A DNA stretch of 64,000 nucleotides from an uncultured Eubacteriales bacterium (GCA_948468985.1 CAOKKG010000002.1:7704-71703); one strand, 5' to 3'; shown: positions 10,102 through 19,728, counted from the stretch's first letter. Made by a program: numbers and translations. Notes: generated from the sequence alone by a model not told the origin.

Positions 10102-11691
10102 TTACGGCGTTTGCCGCCGCGCGCGCCGCTTGCCGCACAAAAATTTTTGCACCTTGGTATGGATGAGCGCAAACGCCGCCGTCCGCCCAAAGCACAGCCA
10201 AAACAGCGCGTTCGGGACGAGGGCGCATACCGCCATTTTCCCGAGAAAAGCGGGTATCCCCGCTCCGGGGATGCGCGCCGCGATCCACCCGGTCAAAAGG
10301 CACCCGCCCGCCGTCGCCGCAGCGTAAGCGGCATAGCGCGCGAAATAGCCCCAAAGCCCCGTCGAGCCAAACCCGTGGCGGTATAGCAGGCACGGCTCGA
10401 TCCAAAACGAGGTGAGCCCCGCCGCCATGGCAGACGCATACAGTACGCCCTCTACGCCCATGCCGCCCGCGCGGCAGAACAGAATCGACAGGCCGAGCGT
10501 AAGCAGGCATTCTGTGAGCGGCACGAACCGATCCCGCCGGAACAACCCCATGGCGTCGCGGTAGATATAGACCGCCTTCTTCATGCCGTCCACAAAAAAG
10601 CGCACGACGACCGCCCGCATCACCGCATCCGAAAAGAGCGAGCTTTCGCCGAGCCAGAGGGCGATGAACGGCTGCAAGAGCACATACAGGCAGACGGCGG
10701 ACACGCCGTAGATCCACGCGCCCGCGAGCTGCACGGACGCAAAGACCTCCCGGCTGCGCGCACTCTGCCGCCGCGCGGACAACTCTCCCACCCCGGCGGC
10801 CACACTTTCCAGGAGCAGGGCATACACGCTGTTTAAGGCATAGAGGATGTATTTATAGTTGGAATACACCCCCGCCGCCCACACGCCTGCGAGCTGCGAG
10901 ACAAGGAGCAGGTCGCCGTTTTCCTGCAGCACCCGCCCCGCCTTGTGCAGCGCCGCTGCACCAAGGTATTCCCGCGCCTTCCGCCGCACGAGGGCCGTGT
11001 CGCCGGGCGCCTTGCCCACGACCGCCGCGAAATGCCGGCGGAGGTAGACCTCTTCCACCGCCGCCTCCAAAAGCAATCCCGCCCCTTGTAGGGCGAGGCA
11101 GAGAATGTAGTTTTTCGTCGCCCACACGACGGCGATCTGCACCACATCCATCGCCGCACCGGCCAGGTAGTGCGCCAGCGTGTAGACATACTGCCGCTGT
11201 GCCGCCGAGAGCAGGATGCGCCGGTATTTGAGCAGGTTTTCCAGCGCCATGTTGACCGTGACCGCGAGGAAGATGCCGCGGATCTCGGGAATCGCGGGCA
11301 GCTCCCCCACGAGCGCGGGCAGGATGGGCAAGCACAGCGCGCCAATCGCCAAAATTCCGCAGGCCACAAAGCGCGAAACGCGCCTGTAATGCGCATAGAT
11401 GCGCCCCACCTGCGCTGTGTCCCCCTCTGCGATTGGGCGGTAGAGCAGGTAGCTCATCGCCGTTTCATAGCCCAGCTCGATGAGCGAGATGCCGGAGAGC
11501 ACTGTGGAAAACACGCCGTCCACCCCGGTATAGGTGTTTTGCAATGCGCGGACGAACGCCTGCCGGAAAAAGAAGGACGCCAAAAACTTCGCCGCATACG
11601 CAATCATCGCGTACAGGGCGTTATTCAAGGAATTTTCCGTTCGGGACGACCGGTTTCCCGCCCCCGGCGCGGCCGTTTTTTGTTCCCGCAT
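10102..11691 (-). CDS. Wzx/MATE-superfamily polysaccharide flippase
   Basis: RTENSLNN...GVDGVFSTVLSGISLIELG, LYRPIAEGD, GVYSNY; many TM helices. Confidence 0.8.
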   Translation of the reverse strand: MREQKTAAPGAGNRSSRTENSLNNALYAMIAYAAKFLASFFFRQAFVRALQNTYTGVDGVFSTVLSGISLIELGYETAMSYLLYRPIAEGDTAQVGRIYAHYRRVSRFVACGILAIGALCLPILPALVGELPAIPEIRGIFLAVTVNMALENLLKYRRILLSAAQRQYVYTLAHYLAGAAMDVVQIAVVWATKNYILCLALQGAGLLLEAAVEEVYLRRHFAAVVGKAPGDTALVRRKAREYLGAAALHKAGRVLQENGDLLLVSQLAGVWAAGVYSNYKYILYALNSVYALLLESVAAGVGELSARRQSARSREVFASVQLAGAWIYGVSAVCLYVLLQPFIALWLGESSLFSDAVMRAVVVRFFVDGMKKAVYIYRDAMGLFRRDRFVPLTECLLTLGLSILFCRAGGMGVEGVLYASAMAAGLTSFWIEPCLLYRHGFGSTGLWGYFARYAAYAAATAGGCLLTGWIAARIPGAGIPAFLGKMAVCALVPNALFWLCFGRTAAFALIHTKVQKFLCGKRRARRQTP

Positions 11692-11713
11692 GCGTCCTCC
11701 CTTCCCGCCCGGA

Positions 11714-13087
11714 TCAGGCGTTTTCCGCCGCCAGATCCCGGGCGAATTGCTCCAGCAGCCCGAGATCCCACAGCAGGCGGCTGCCGACATACTTGTCGCG
11801 GATGTCCTTGGTCATGCGGAAGGTCTCTGCGACCTCCGCCGCCGTAAGCCCGAGTTCCGCGGGCGTCGTCTTGCCGCCCACCGCTTGCAGGAAGCTCTCC
11901 ACCGCCTCCGCACGGGGCAGTTCCCGCAAAATTTCCAAAATGCGCGGCCATTTTTGCAAAATGACCTCCAACCGCCGGGCGTGCGCGGCTTTGTCGTACT
12001 TGCCCTCCCGCGCCTCCAGCGCGATCATGGCCTCTGCCCCACCGCCTAAAAACGCGCGCAGACGTGAGCACCAATCCTCCCATCGAAACACCTGTACCGC
12101 GGCCAACGCGGCTTCCTGGTCCGGCCGGACGGCACACAGCTTTTCATAGATCTTGAGGCAGAGCAGCGTGGCCACGCCCACCTGTTCGCCGTGCAGGTGC
12201 TCCGGGCGGTCGAATGCGAGCGCCCGCATGTCCCAGATGTGCGAAAAATAGTGCTCCATCCCCGACGCGGGGCGCGTCACCCCGGCAAAGCCCATCGCGA
12301 GGCCGGACAGCACCAGCCCTTCCATGACGCAGCCGACCGCGTCCGGGTCGCGCCGAGAAAGCCCCTCCGCCGCGGCCGCGCATTTGTCGAGCGACCGCCG
12401 CACGAGGTTCGCCACATGCGGACAGAAATATTCCCCGTTGACCTCCGCCGAAATGCGCCATTCGGCAAGGCTTATATACTTTGCCAGCATATCGCCCAGC
12501 CCCGCGGCCAGAAGCTCCCCGGGCGCGGCGGCGAGGATGTCGGTATCTCCCAAAATCGCGCGCGCCCCCGCCGTCGGCAGCGAGCTTTTGAGCCCGTCCA
12601 GCACCATGGACGAAGTGTCCGACGCGAAGCCGTCCATGGACGGAGCCGTCCCCACGATGAGGTATGGCCGCCCGGTGAGCCCAGCCAGAATTTTACAGAT
12701 GTCATTGATCGTCCCGCCGCCGACACCGATGATCACATCCGCCGCGTGCGCGAAATGCATGGCTGCCTGCCCCACGGGAGCTGCCTCGGCCGTGACGCGC
12801 GCCTCGGGGAAGCAGTAGGTATGACAGGCGATACCCGCCTTAGAGAGCAGCGCTTCGGCCCGCGCGCCCGCCGCATGGTAGGTATTCCCGTCGCAGTACA
12901 TCTGCACCGTGCGCCCGCCCAATTGCCGCACGCGTTCTGGCAGGCGCGAAAGCACACCGCGGCCGATATCCGCAAAGCGCAGCGCCGTTTTGTGCACCTT
13001 GCCGCAGGGGCAGGCAAAGCCCTCCGGCCGCAGGAGCTCCCCAAGGTTCCCTTCCTCCCAAGCCGTCTGCACCGCTTGCTCCTCCAT
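11714..13087 (-). CDS. sn-glycerol-1-phosphate dehydrogenase (AraM/EgsA family)
   Basis: GGGTINDICK, TAPSMDGFAS, AGLGDMLAK, SGMEHYFSH, HGEQVG. Confidence 0.85.
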   Translation of the reverse strand: MEEQAVQTAWEEGNLGELLRPEGFACPCGKVHKTALRFADIGRGVLSRLPERVRQLGGRTVQMYCDGNTYHAAGARAEALLSKAGIACHTYCFPEARVTAEAAPVGQAAMHFAHAADVIIGVGGGTINDICKILAGLTGRPYLIVGTAPSMDGFASDTSSMVLDGLKSSLPTAGARAILGDTDILAAAPGELLAAGLGDMLAKYISLAEWRISAEVNGEYFCPHVANLVRRSLDKCAAAAEGLSRRDPDAVGCVMEGLVLSGLAMGFAGVTRPASGMEHYFSHIWDMRALAFDRPEHLHGEQVGVATLLCLKIYEKLCAVRPDQEAALAAVQVFRWEDWCSRLRAFLGGGAEAMIALEAREGKYDKAAHARRLEVILQKWPRILEILRELPRAEAVESFLQAVGGKTTPAELGLTAAEVAETFRMTKDIRDKYVGSRLLWDLGLLEQFARDLAAENA

Positions 13088-13101
13088 ATCCTGCGTCCTC
13101 C

Positions 13102-14289
13102 TTATGCGAAATAGCTGTCCGCGAGCTTTTGGAACGCGGGCAGGGAGCGCTCCACCTTGTCCGTGTCGATGCAGAAGGAGATGCGGAAGTTGCCCGGGCA
13201 TCCAAAGCTCGTCCCCGGCACGAGCAGCAGGTCGAACTCTTTAGCGCGGCGGCTTAAGCCCTCGCTGTCGCCGTCCGGCGCCTCGGGGAAGAGATAGAAG
13301 GTCCCGCCCGGCTCCACACAGGCAAAGCCCATGCGCCGCAGCGCCGGGTACAGGATGTTCTTATTCGTCTCATACACGCGAAGGTCGGCCGTTTCCTCCA
13401 ACACCTCGGGCACCGCCAATTGGATGATCGAGGGCGGGCAGTTGTGCCCGATCCCGCGGGAGATTTGCGCGCACACCGGCGCGACGAGCTCCGCGTCCTC
13501 TGCCTCCGGGTGCACTGCGACATAGCCGATGCGCTCGCCCGGCAGCGAGAGCGACTTGCTGAACGAATAACAGGTGAGCGTGTTCGCATAGAACCGCGCC
13601 GGGCTCGGACATTCCTGCCCGGCAAACAGGATCTCGCGGTACGGCTCGTCCGAGATCAGGTAGATCGCGTGGCCGAATTCGCGCTGCTTGACCTCCAGCA
13701 TATCCGCCAGGCGGACGAGCGTCTCCATCGAATAAATCGCGCCCGAGGGGTTGTTCGGGCTGTTTAGCAGCACCGCCGCCGTCTTGGGCGAGAGCGCCGC
13801 CTCCATCGCCGCAAGGTCGATTTGAAAATCTGCTGTCTGCGCCGGCACGACCCGGAGCGTGCACCCCGCGCCCGCCACATAGGGGCCGTATTCCGGGAAA
13901 TACGGTGCGACGGTCACGACCTCGCTGCCGGGGGCTGCCACCGCGCGCAGCGCATGCGCCAACGCCCCAGCCGCCCCCGTCGTGAGAAAGATATGCTCGG
14001 CGCGGTAGTCCAGCACAAACCGCCGCTTGAGCGAAGCGGCGATGGCCTCCCGCACCGCGGGGATGCCCATGCTCGGGCTATAGCCGTGCACCTCGATGTC
14101 CCGCCCCGACAGCGCCAGCCGCGCCAGCGCCTCATTAAACGCCCGAGGGGCGGGCACCGAAGGGTTGCCGAGGCTATAGTCAAACACATTGTCCGCCCCG
14201 ACCTCCGCCGCGCGCGCCCGGCCATAATCGAACAATTCTCGAATGGCCGATTTCTGAGCCAACATATCCCGATATTTCTTCGTGATCAT
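13102..14289 (-). CDS. Class I/II PLP aminotransferase (aspartate aminotransferase-like)
   Basis: LGNP, NSPNNPSG, SDEPY, SFSKSLSLPGERIG. Confidence 0.92.
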   Translation of the reverse strand: MITKKYRDMLAQKSAIRELFDYGRARAAEVGADNVFDYSLGNPSVPAPRAFNEALARLALSGRDIEVHGYSPSMGIPAVREAIAASLKRRFVLDYRAEHIFLTTGAAGALAHALRAVAAPGSEVVTVAPYFPEYGPYVAGAGCTLRVVPAQTADFQIDLAAMEAALSPKTAAVLLNSPNNPSGAIYSMETLVRLADMLEVKQREFGHAIYLISDEPYREILFAGQECPSPARFYANTLTCYSFSKSLSLPGERIGYVAVHPEAEDAELVAPVCAQISRGIGHNCPPSIIQLAVPEVLEETADLRVYETNKNILYPALRRMGFACVEPGGTFYLFPEAPDGDSEGLSRRAKEFDLLLVPGTSFGCPGNFRISFCIDTDKVERSLPAFQKLADSYFA

Positions 14290-14334
14290 CGCGTTTTCTC
14301 CTCCTGCTAGCGATCTTCCTTTACAGTTTGTACT

Positions 14335-14363
14335 ATTGTAAAACAAATGCCGCAGCCTGTAAA
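14335..14363 (-). promoter_or_regulatory. Sigma-A promoter of the aminotransferase-G1PDH-flippase operon
   Basis: TTTACA-17nt-TACAAT on the minus strand. Confidence 0.7.
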
Positions 14364-14412
14364 CCTCCCCGGCAAAAAGCAAAGCGGGACAGCCCCGCTG
14401 CCCCGCTATTTG

Positions 14413-15204
14413 TCACAGCTTTCTCGATTTTTCCGCCCCGGCGCGGACGCACTGCATCACCGCTGCGCGCAAGCCGCCCTCCTCGAGCGCCAGGCAGCCC
14501 TCGATGGTCGTGCCGCCCGGCGAAGTGACCATGTCCTTGAGTTCGCCCGGATGCATGCCCTTTTGGAGCAGCATCTTGGCCGTGCCGAGAAGCGTCTGCG
14601 CCGCCAGACGATAGGCCGTCTGCCGCGGCAGGCCCTCCATCACGCCGCCGTCGGCCAGCGCCTCCACAAACATCGCCGCATAGGCCGGACCGCCGCCCGA
14701 CAGCCCGCACACCGCATCGATGAGCCGCTCCGGAATCCATTCGACGATGCCCTGCGCCGCAAAGATGTCCTCCGCGAGCGCCTTTTCCTCGGCCGTCGCG
14801 TCCGAATCCGCACACAGGGCGAAGGCCCCCTCGAGCACCATGGCCGGCGTGTTGGGCATGCAGCGCAGCACGCGCGCCCCGCCGCCCGTCATCTCGCGCA
14901 GGCGATTGGAGGTCACCCCCGCCATGATGGACAGCAGGCATTTGCCCACAAAGGCCTCCGCCATCCCGCCGAGCGTCGCCTCGGCATACTGCGGCTTGAC
15001 CGCCGCCACAATCATGTCCGCCGCTCGACAGACCTCTTCCCGATCCGCCGCCAGCCGCACGCCAAGCGCAGCCATCCGCTGCATCGCCGCCGCGGAAATG
15101 TCAAAGACGATCACCTGTGCCGCCTCAAGCTGCCCGCTTCGCAGCGCGCCTTCCAGAATCGCGCCGCCCATGTTGCCGCACCCGAGAAATCCGATTTGTT
15201 GCAT
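14413..15204 (-). CDS. proC: Pyrroline-5-carboxylate reductase
   Basis: IGFLGCGNMG, RCMPNTP, SGGGPAY, VTSPGGTT. Confidence 0.96.
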   Translation of the reverse strand: MQQIGFLGCGNMGGAILEGALRSGQLEAAQVIVFDISAAAMQRMAALGVRLAADREEVCRAADMIVAAVKPQYAEATLGGMAEAFVGKCLLSIMAGVTSNRLREMTGGGARVLRCMPNTPAMVLEGAFALCADSDATAEEKALAEDIFAAQGIVEWIPERLIDAVCGLSGGGPAYAAMFVEALADGGVMEGLPRQTAYRLAAQTLLGTAKMLLQKGMHPGELKDMVTSPGGTTIEGCLALEEGGLRAAVMQCVRAGAEKSRKL

Positions 15205-15242
15205 CTTTCCTGCCTCCGTTCGCAAAAAGGGCTTTTTCCCCA

Positions 15243-15932
15243 TTATACCGGATCACCCGGTGTTCGCCAATCCCCTTTTTCGCCATCTGGAAAAGCGCGG
15301 GGGAGGTTCCAGGCAAAGTGCGTCGCCGCCATGCGCAACAGGAAGGTCGCCGCGACCCCGGCAAACGCCGCCGTCGCCTCTGCGCAGCCCCAGCGGCACA
15401 GGGCGAGGTACACCCCCGCCCCCAGGATGGACGCCAGCGCATAAATATGCCGCCTGAAAATAACGGGGATCTCCCGAAGCAGCAGATCGCGCAACATCCC
15501 GCCGCCCACCGCCGTGAGCATCCCCATGCTCACGACCAGAAAGGTGTGCGCGGAAAAGCCGGCCTCCATCGCAAGCCGCGCGCCCGTCACCGAGCAGGCC
15601 CCGAGGCCCAGCGCGTCGATGCAGTTGTTCACCCGGTCGACGAGCGCCTTGTGCCGCAGGAACGCTGCGCGCCGCACACGCGCCAGCGTAAACACCAAGA
15701 GTGCCGTCGCAACGGCCGCCGCCGTGTGCAACGCGTCGAAAAACAGTGCGGGCGGCGTTTTGCCAAGCAGCAGGTCGCGCAGCATCCCGCCGCCCATCGC
15801 CGTCGTAAGCCCCAAAAAGGCCACCCCGAACAGATCCACATTCTTCTCAATCGCGATCATCGCGCCGGAGATCGCAAAGGCGACCGTGCCGAGCAGCGCG
15901 AAAAACGCGAGGATCGCTTCCGCAAAATCCAT
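15243..15932 (-). CDS. UPF0126/TRIC-family membrane protein
   Basis: Duplicated D-x-FG..TAMGGGMLRD / TAVGGGMLRD motifs, DALGL. Confidence 0.88.
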   Translation of the reverse strand: MDFAEAILAFFALLGTVAFAISGAMIAIEKNVDLFGVAFLGLTTAMGGGMLRDLLLGKTPPALFFDALHTAAAVATALLVFTLARVRRAAFLRHKALVDRVNNCIDALGLGACSVTGARLAMEAGFSAHTFLVVSMGMLTAVGGGMLRDLLLREIPVIFRRHIYALASILGAGVYLALCRWGCAEATAAFAGVAATFLLRMAATHFAWNLPRAFPDGEKGDWRTPGDPV

Positions 15933-16080
15933 ACCGCAATTCCTCCCCTTCCTGTATACCCCTTTCCCGGGGCGGGAAAACCCCATCTCCTACCCACTTT
16001 GTATGACTTGTGTAAAGTTTTTACACGCCCTCGCCGCATCGCCCAAAGTTGTGCTATACTAAAAATAGAGGAGGGGGGTT

Positions 16081-16275
16081 ATGAACATTCGCAAAACAGG
16101 AATCGTCTGCATCTTCCTGGGCGTTCTGCTCTATGTGGCCTATCTGGTTTTTTGCGGCAAGGAGATAAGCGCGTTCGGCGACTTTTCAAGTGGCATATTG
16201 CTGGGGCTGTCCATCGCTACAAACCTTGTCGGCATCGTACTTGTTGCGTCGTCGTGGCGACCCAAGAAGCCCTAA
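16081..16275 (+). CDS. Small two-TM membrane protein
   Basis: GAGGAGG RBS; 64 aa with two hydrophobic helices. Confidence 0.7.
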   Translation: MNIRKTGIVCIFLGVLLYVAYLVFCGKEISAFGDFSSGILLGLSIATNLVGIVLVASSWRPKKP

Positions 16276-16445
16276 ACACAAAAAAAGGAGGTTTTGCATA
16301 CACATCTTATAAATCGGCACTCTTTGTATATCGTGCTGCCTAGATTCTTTTCACCCAATCACATATTTCAAAATCCCAATGGCATTTCTATGGCGCGCCA
16401 TGGATAGAAAAGCAATATCATTTTCAAATGAGAAGTGAGCGTATT

Positions 16446-17459
16446 ATGAAGAAGATTTATATTATCACAGGAGCAAATGGGTTTTTAGGAAATAATATTA
16501 TAAGAAAACTAGAGCAAGATGACAATAACGAAATAAGAGCTCTTGTTCTGCATGGGGAATCTGTCGAATCGCTAAAGAATTTGAAATGTAAACTATATTA
16601 TGGGGATGTTACAAAAAAAGAATCCTTGTCATCCATTTTTGAAAATATCGATGATAGGATCGTGTTTGTAATTCACTGCGCTGCAGTTGTGTATATAAAA
16701 TCAAAATATAATCCTCTTGTTTATAATGTAAATGTGAATGGCACAAAAAACATCGTCGATAAGGTTTTAGAGGCCAATGCGAAACTGATTTATATCAGCA
16801 CCGTCCATGCACTTCCGGAAAAGCCTAACCATGGTTTGATCACAGAAATAACGGATTTTAATCCGGATGCTGTGAAGGGAGCCTATGCAAAAACAAAAGC
16901 AGAAGCTGCAAAGTATGTTATGGACGCCGTAAAAAGTAAAAATTTGAATGCTTGTATTCTGCATCCGTCTGGAATTATCGGCCCAAACGATTTTGGCAAC
17001 AGTCACTTGACTCAGTTGGTAAAGGAAGTTTCAAACGGCAAGCTTTTTGCTTGTGTAAAAGGCGGGTATGATTTTGTTGATGTTCGAGATGTGGCAGAAG
17101 GTGTGATTCACGCTTGCCAAAAAGATAACAAAGGAGCGTGTTACATTCTATCAAATAGATATATCACAATTAAGGAGCTATCTGATTTGATTTGTGATTT
17201 GCAAGGAAGAAAAAGAATTCAAATTGTATTGCCTATCGGCTTAGCAAAATTCATTGCACCATTCTTTGAGCTGTACTACAACTTGAAAAAACAAACGCCG
17301 CTTTTTACAAAATATTCCCTCTATACATTATCCTCCAATTCCAACTTTAGCAATGAAAAAGCAAAGAAAGAATTAGGATTCCAAACTAGGGATATGCGCG
17401 CTACGATCAAAGATACCATTGAATGGAACAAAGAATTAAGAAAAAGGCGAAATAAATAG
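16446..17459 (+). CDS. NAD-dependent epimerase/dehydratase (DFR/3-beta-HSD-like extended SDR), AT-rich
   Basis: ITGANGFLG, HCAA, NVNGT, YAKTK (YxxxK), HPSGIIGP, VDVRDVA. Confidence 0.9.
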   Translation: MKKIYIITGANGFLGNNIIRKLEQDDNNEIRALVLHGESVESLKNLKCKLYYGDVTKKESLSSIFENIDDRIVFVIHCAAVVYIKSKYNPLVYNVNVNGTKNIVDKVLEANAKLIYISTVHALPEKPNHGLITEITDFNPDAVKGAYAKTKAEAAKYVMDAVKSKNLNACILHPSGIIGPNDFGNSHLTQLVKEVSNGKLFACVKGGYDFVDVRDVAEGVIHACQKDNKGACYILSNRYITIKELSDLICDLQGRKRIQIVLPIGLAKFIAPFFELYYNLKKQTPLFTKYSLYTLSSNSNFSNEKAKKELGFQTRDMRATIKDTIEWNKELRKRRNK

Positions 17460-17632
17460 ATTCCGGTTTGTTCCCAGCTCCGGCTTGTATGTAGTATGAA
17501 CTGTCTTTTTTACGCCTTTTGCGAAAAGCCCTTTGATGGGGGCATTTTTATACTGTTTTGACATGAAATTTCCGATTTTCTAAAAAGAGGGGATTGGGCA
17601 TTTCAAGTTGGTAACGGTTGGATTTTGGATAT

Positions 17633-17668
17633 AAAAAAAACTTACAGCATCATCAAAGAGCTGTAAGT
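17633..17668 (-). terminator. Intrinsic terminator of tRNA-Thr
   Basis: CTTACAGC-11nt-GCTGTAAG stem with an A8 run (U-tract on the minus strand). Confidence 0.8.
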
Positions 17669-17677
17669 TTATGCGAG

Positions 17678-17754
17678 TGGAGCTGGTGATGAGAATCGAA
17701 CTCATGAACCTCTTCATTACCAATGAAGTGCTCTACCATCTGAGCTACACCAGC
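17678..17754 (-). tRNA. tRNA-Thr(GGT)
   Basis: GCTGGTG acceptor stem, D-arm GCTC/GAGC, CTTCA-TTGGTAA-TGAAG, ATGAG-TTCGATT-CTCAT, encoded CCA; 6-nt variable region. Confidence 0.97.
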
Positions 17755-17765
17755 ACTGCCTTGCT

Positions 17766-17794
17766 ATTGTATCGCAAAACGGAACAGATTTCAA
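17766..17794 (-). promoter_or_regulatory. Sigma-A promoter of tRNA-Thr
   Basis: TTGAAA-17nt-TACAAT. Confidence 0.75.
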
Positions 17795-17831
17795 TAGGTT
17801 TCGGCAGTTTTTTTCGTGCATTTCCCCCGGC

Positions 17832-18644
17832 TCAGGCAAAGACATAGTCCCCATAGGGCACAAGGCGCGCCAGCACGACGAACCGCTTGCTGTGATCGCC
17901 CTTGACGCAGGTGGAAAGCATGATTACGCGGTCCTCCGCGCCAATCGTGAGCTCGGTCTGCTGTACCGCGCCGCCGCGCAGCATCCGGATGTCCGCAAGG
18001 AAGTCCTCCGCATCCGCAAACGAGGTGCGGTAATTTGCAAGGTCGTCGGCCACCTCGCCCGCCGCAAAGACCTCCAGCACATAGGTCTGTTCCGGCGTCG
18101 CCAGCAGCCCATAGGGATGCGCCGCGAAATAGGCCGCGTCGCGGTATTTGAGGAGCCCGGCAAACATTGACCCGTTGTTCATGCGGTGGCCATAGACAAT
18201 CGTTTTGGCGTTTGAAAAATCCCGTGCGTTCACGGCGTCCACAAAGATTGCGCCGCAGCTGTTTTTGTCGCCGCTGGCCGTGCGCGAGAGGTAGTAGGCA
18301 TTGTCGCCACCCTGCACGACGGGGTAGTTGATCTCCGTGTCTGGAAACGCGATCCAGGCACAGATATCCGCATTCTTCTGCTGCAGGGCGTCAAAGTCCA
18401 CCGAAAGCGTCGGCCCTGCAGGCTCCGGGTCCTCCTCCGTCGCAGGCGCCGCGGGACGGAAGGTGATGAACTGCTTCATTTCCCGGTTCAATTCCCGGCC
18501 GCGGCTGCGTTCCAAAAGGATGCTCCCGACCTGATAGGCGCAAAACGCCATCCCACAGGCGAGCAGGCACAAAAGCGCCGTGACGAGCGGGCTTCTTTTC
18601 GATCTCGATTGCTTGGGGGCCTTCCCCGTGTCCAGTTTTCTCAT
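17832..18644 (-). CDS. Class B sortase
   Basis: N-terminal TM helix; INYPVVQG-x-DNAYYL, YGHRMNNGSMF, LSTC, R catalytic residues. Confidence 0.9.
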   Translation of the reverse strand: MRKLDTGKAPKQSRSKRSPLVTALLCLLACGMAFCAYQVGSILLERSRGRELNREMKQFITFRPAAPATEEDPEPAGPTLSVDFDALQQKNADICAWIAFPDTEINYPVVQGGDNAYYLSRTASGDKNSCGAIFVDAVNARDFSNAKTIVYGHRMNNGSMFAGLLKYRDAAYFAAHPYGLLATPEQTYVLEVFAAGEVADDLANYRTSFADAEDFLADIRMLRGGAVQQTELTIGAEDRVIMLSTCVKGDHSKRFVVLARLVPYGDYVFA

Positions 18645-18757
18645 AGCCTCAGTATAGCATCCTTTCCCGCGTTTTCCAACGCCCGCACACATAAATTCGA
18701 AATTTTGCCATATCTATTTTGTGGGGGAGTTCCCCAAAAACCCTTCCGGGAGGCCGT

Positions 18758-19582
18758 ATGAAAAGCAACACCATCACTGCGCTCTGCCTCGCCTGCCTGG
18801 CCGTGCTGGCCGCCGGGCTTGTGTTTTTGACTGTCACTTCCACGCGGGAAGCCATTCCCACAGCGGCGTCCGCCGCGCACAATTGGTACTATAAGCCCCG
18901 GCAGGACGGCGGACAGCCCACCGTCGCCGACGATGCGCCGTTTCTTCAAAATTATCCCTACCTCTGCCTCGGGAATGCGGAGGAAAAGACCATCTACCTG
19001 ACCTTCGACTGCGGGTATGACAACGGCTATATTGCCAAGATGCTGGATGTCCTCCGCGAAAAGCAGGTCCCGGCGGCGTTTTTCGTGACCGGGCATTTTG
19101 TGGATTCCAGCCCGGACATCGTCCGCCGCATGGCTGCGGAGGGGCACCTTGTCTGCAACCATTCGGTGAACCATAAGGACCTTTCCGCCGCATCGCCCGA
19201 CTTCTTCCAAAAGGAGATCGGCGGGCTTTGCGAAAAATATGAGGCGATCACGGGGACGCCAATGCCCCGCTATGTCCGCCCGCCGGAGGGCAAGTATAGC
19301 GAGAACTTCCTCGAACTGTGCCGGGCGCAGGGGTATCTTCCCGTATTTTGGAGCTTCGCGTATAAGGATTGGCTGAACGACGCGCAGCCCGCGCCTGCCC
19401 AAGCGATCGAGACCATCCTGTCGCGCACGCACCCGGGGGAGGTTGCGCTTCTGCATTCGACCTCGGCCACCAATGCCGAAATTTTGGGAGAGCTCATCGA
19501 CCGCTGGCGCGCGGAGGGATATGCCTTAAAATCGCTCGACGACCTCGCCCGCGCACAGGGGCTTGCTGTCCAGCAAGGATAA
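18758..19582 (+). CDS. pdaA: PdaA-like spore cortex muramic delta-lactam deacetylase
   Basis: IYLTFDCGYDNG, CNHSVNHK, RPPEG-x-YS, FWSFAYKDW, HPG-x-V-x-LLH. Confidence 0.85.
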   Translation: MKSNTITALCLACLAVLAAGLVFLTVTSTREAIPTAASAAHNWYYKPRQDGGQPTVADDAPFLQNYPYLCLGNAEEKTIYLTFDCGYDNGYIAKMLDVLREKQVPAAFFVTGHFVDSSPDIVRRMAAEGHLVCNHSVNHKDLSAASPDFFQKEIGGLCEKYEAITGTPMPRYVRPPEGKYSENFLELCRAQGYLPVFWSFAYKDWLNDAQPAPAQAIETILSRTHPGEVALLHSTSATNAEILGELIDRWRAEGYALKSLDDLARAQGLAVQQG

Positions 19583-19728
19583 AAAGCATCAAACCCGCGC
19601 ACAGCGACAGAGTACAAAGGGGTTTTTCACCCGCACAGGCAGGGCGTCCCTTGTCGCACCGTACAGAGTATGCAAAACGCCGCAGGTAGCGCAGTAAAAT
19701 TGAAAAATCCCGTAGTGCAAAAAACATC

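Noticed and set aside
10034-10717. N-terminal extension of the 9497-10717 ORF, and 57643-57849 of the sulfatase ORF
   Set aside because: These overlap upstream genes in another frame; RBS-supported internal starts exist at 10033 and 57642.
16275-16445. att-like duplicate of the tRNA-Thr 3' end at the left edge of the AT-rich islet
   Set aside because: No copy of TGGAGCTGGTGATGAG is visible; only an ATGGCGCGCCAT palindrome of unclear meaning.
17706-17711. 6-nt variable region in tRNA-Thr
   Set aside because: One extra base with all stems intact; not enough to call the tRNA unusual or a pseudogene.
18689-18717. Sporulation sigma promoter upstream of pdaA (ACATAAA..CATATCTA)
   Set aside because: Spacing and -10 fit none of the sigma-G, sigma-E or sigma-K consensuses cleanly.
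19590-19728. Imperfect repeats (ACAGAGTA x2) after pdaA
   Set aside because: Too short and irregular to support a repeat family.
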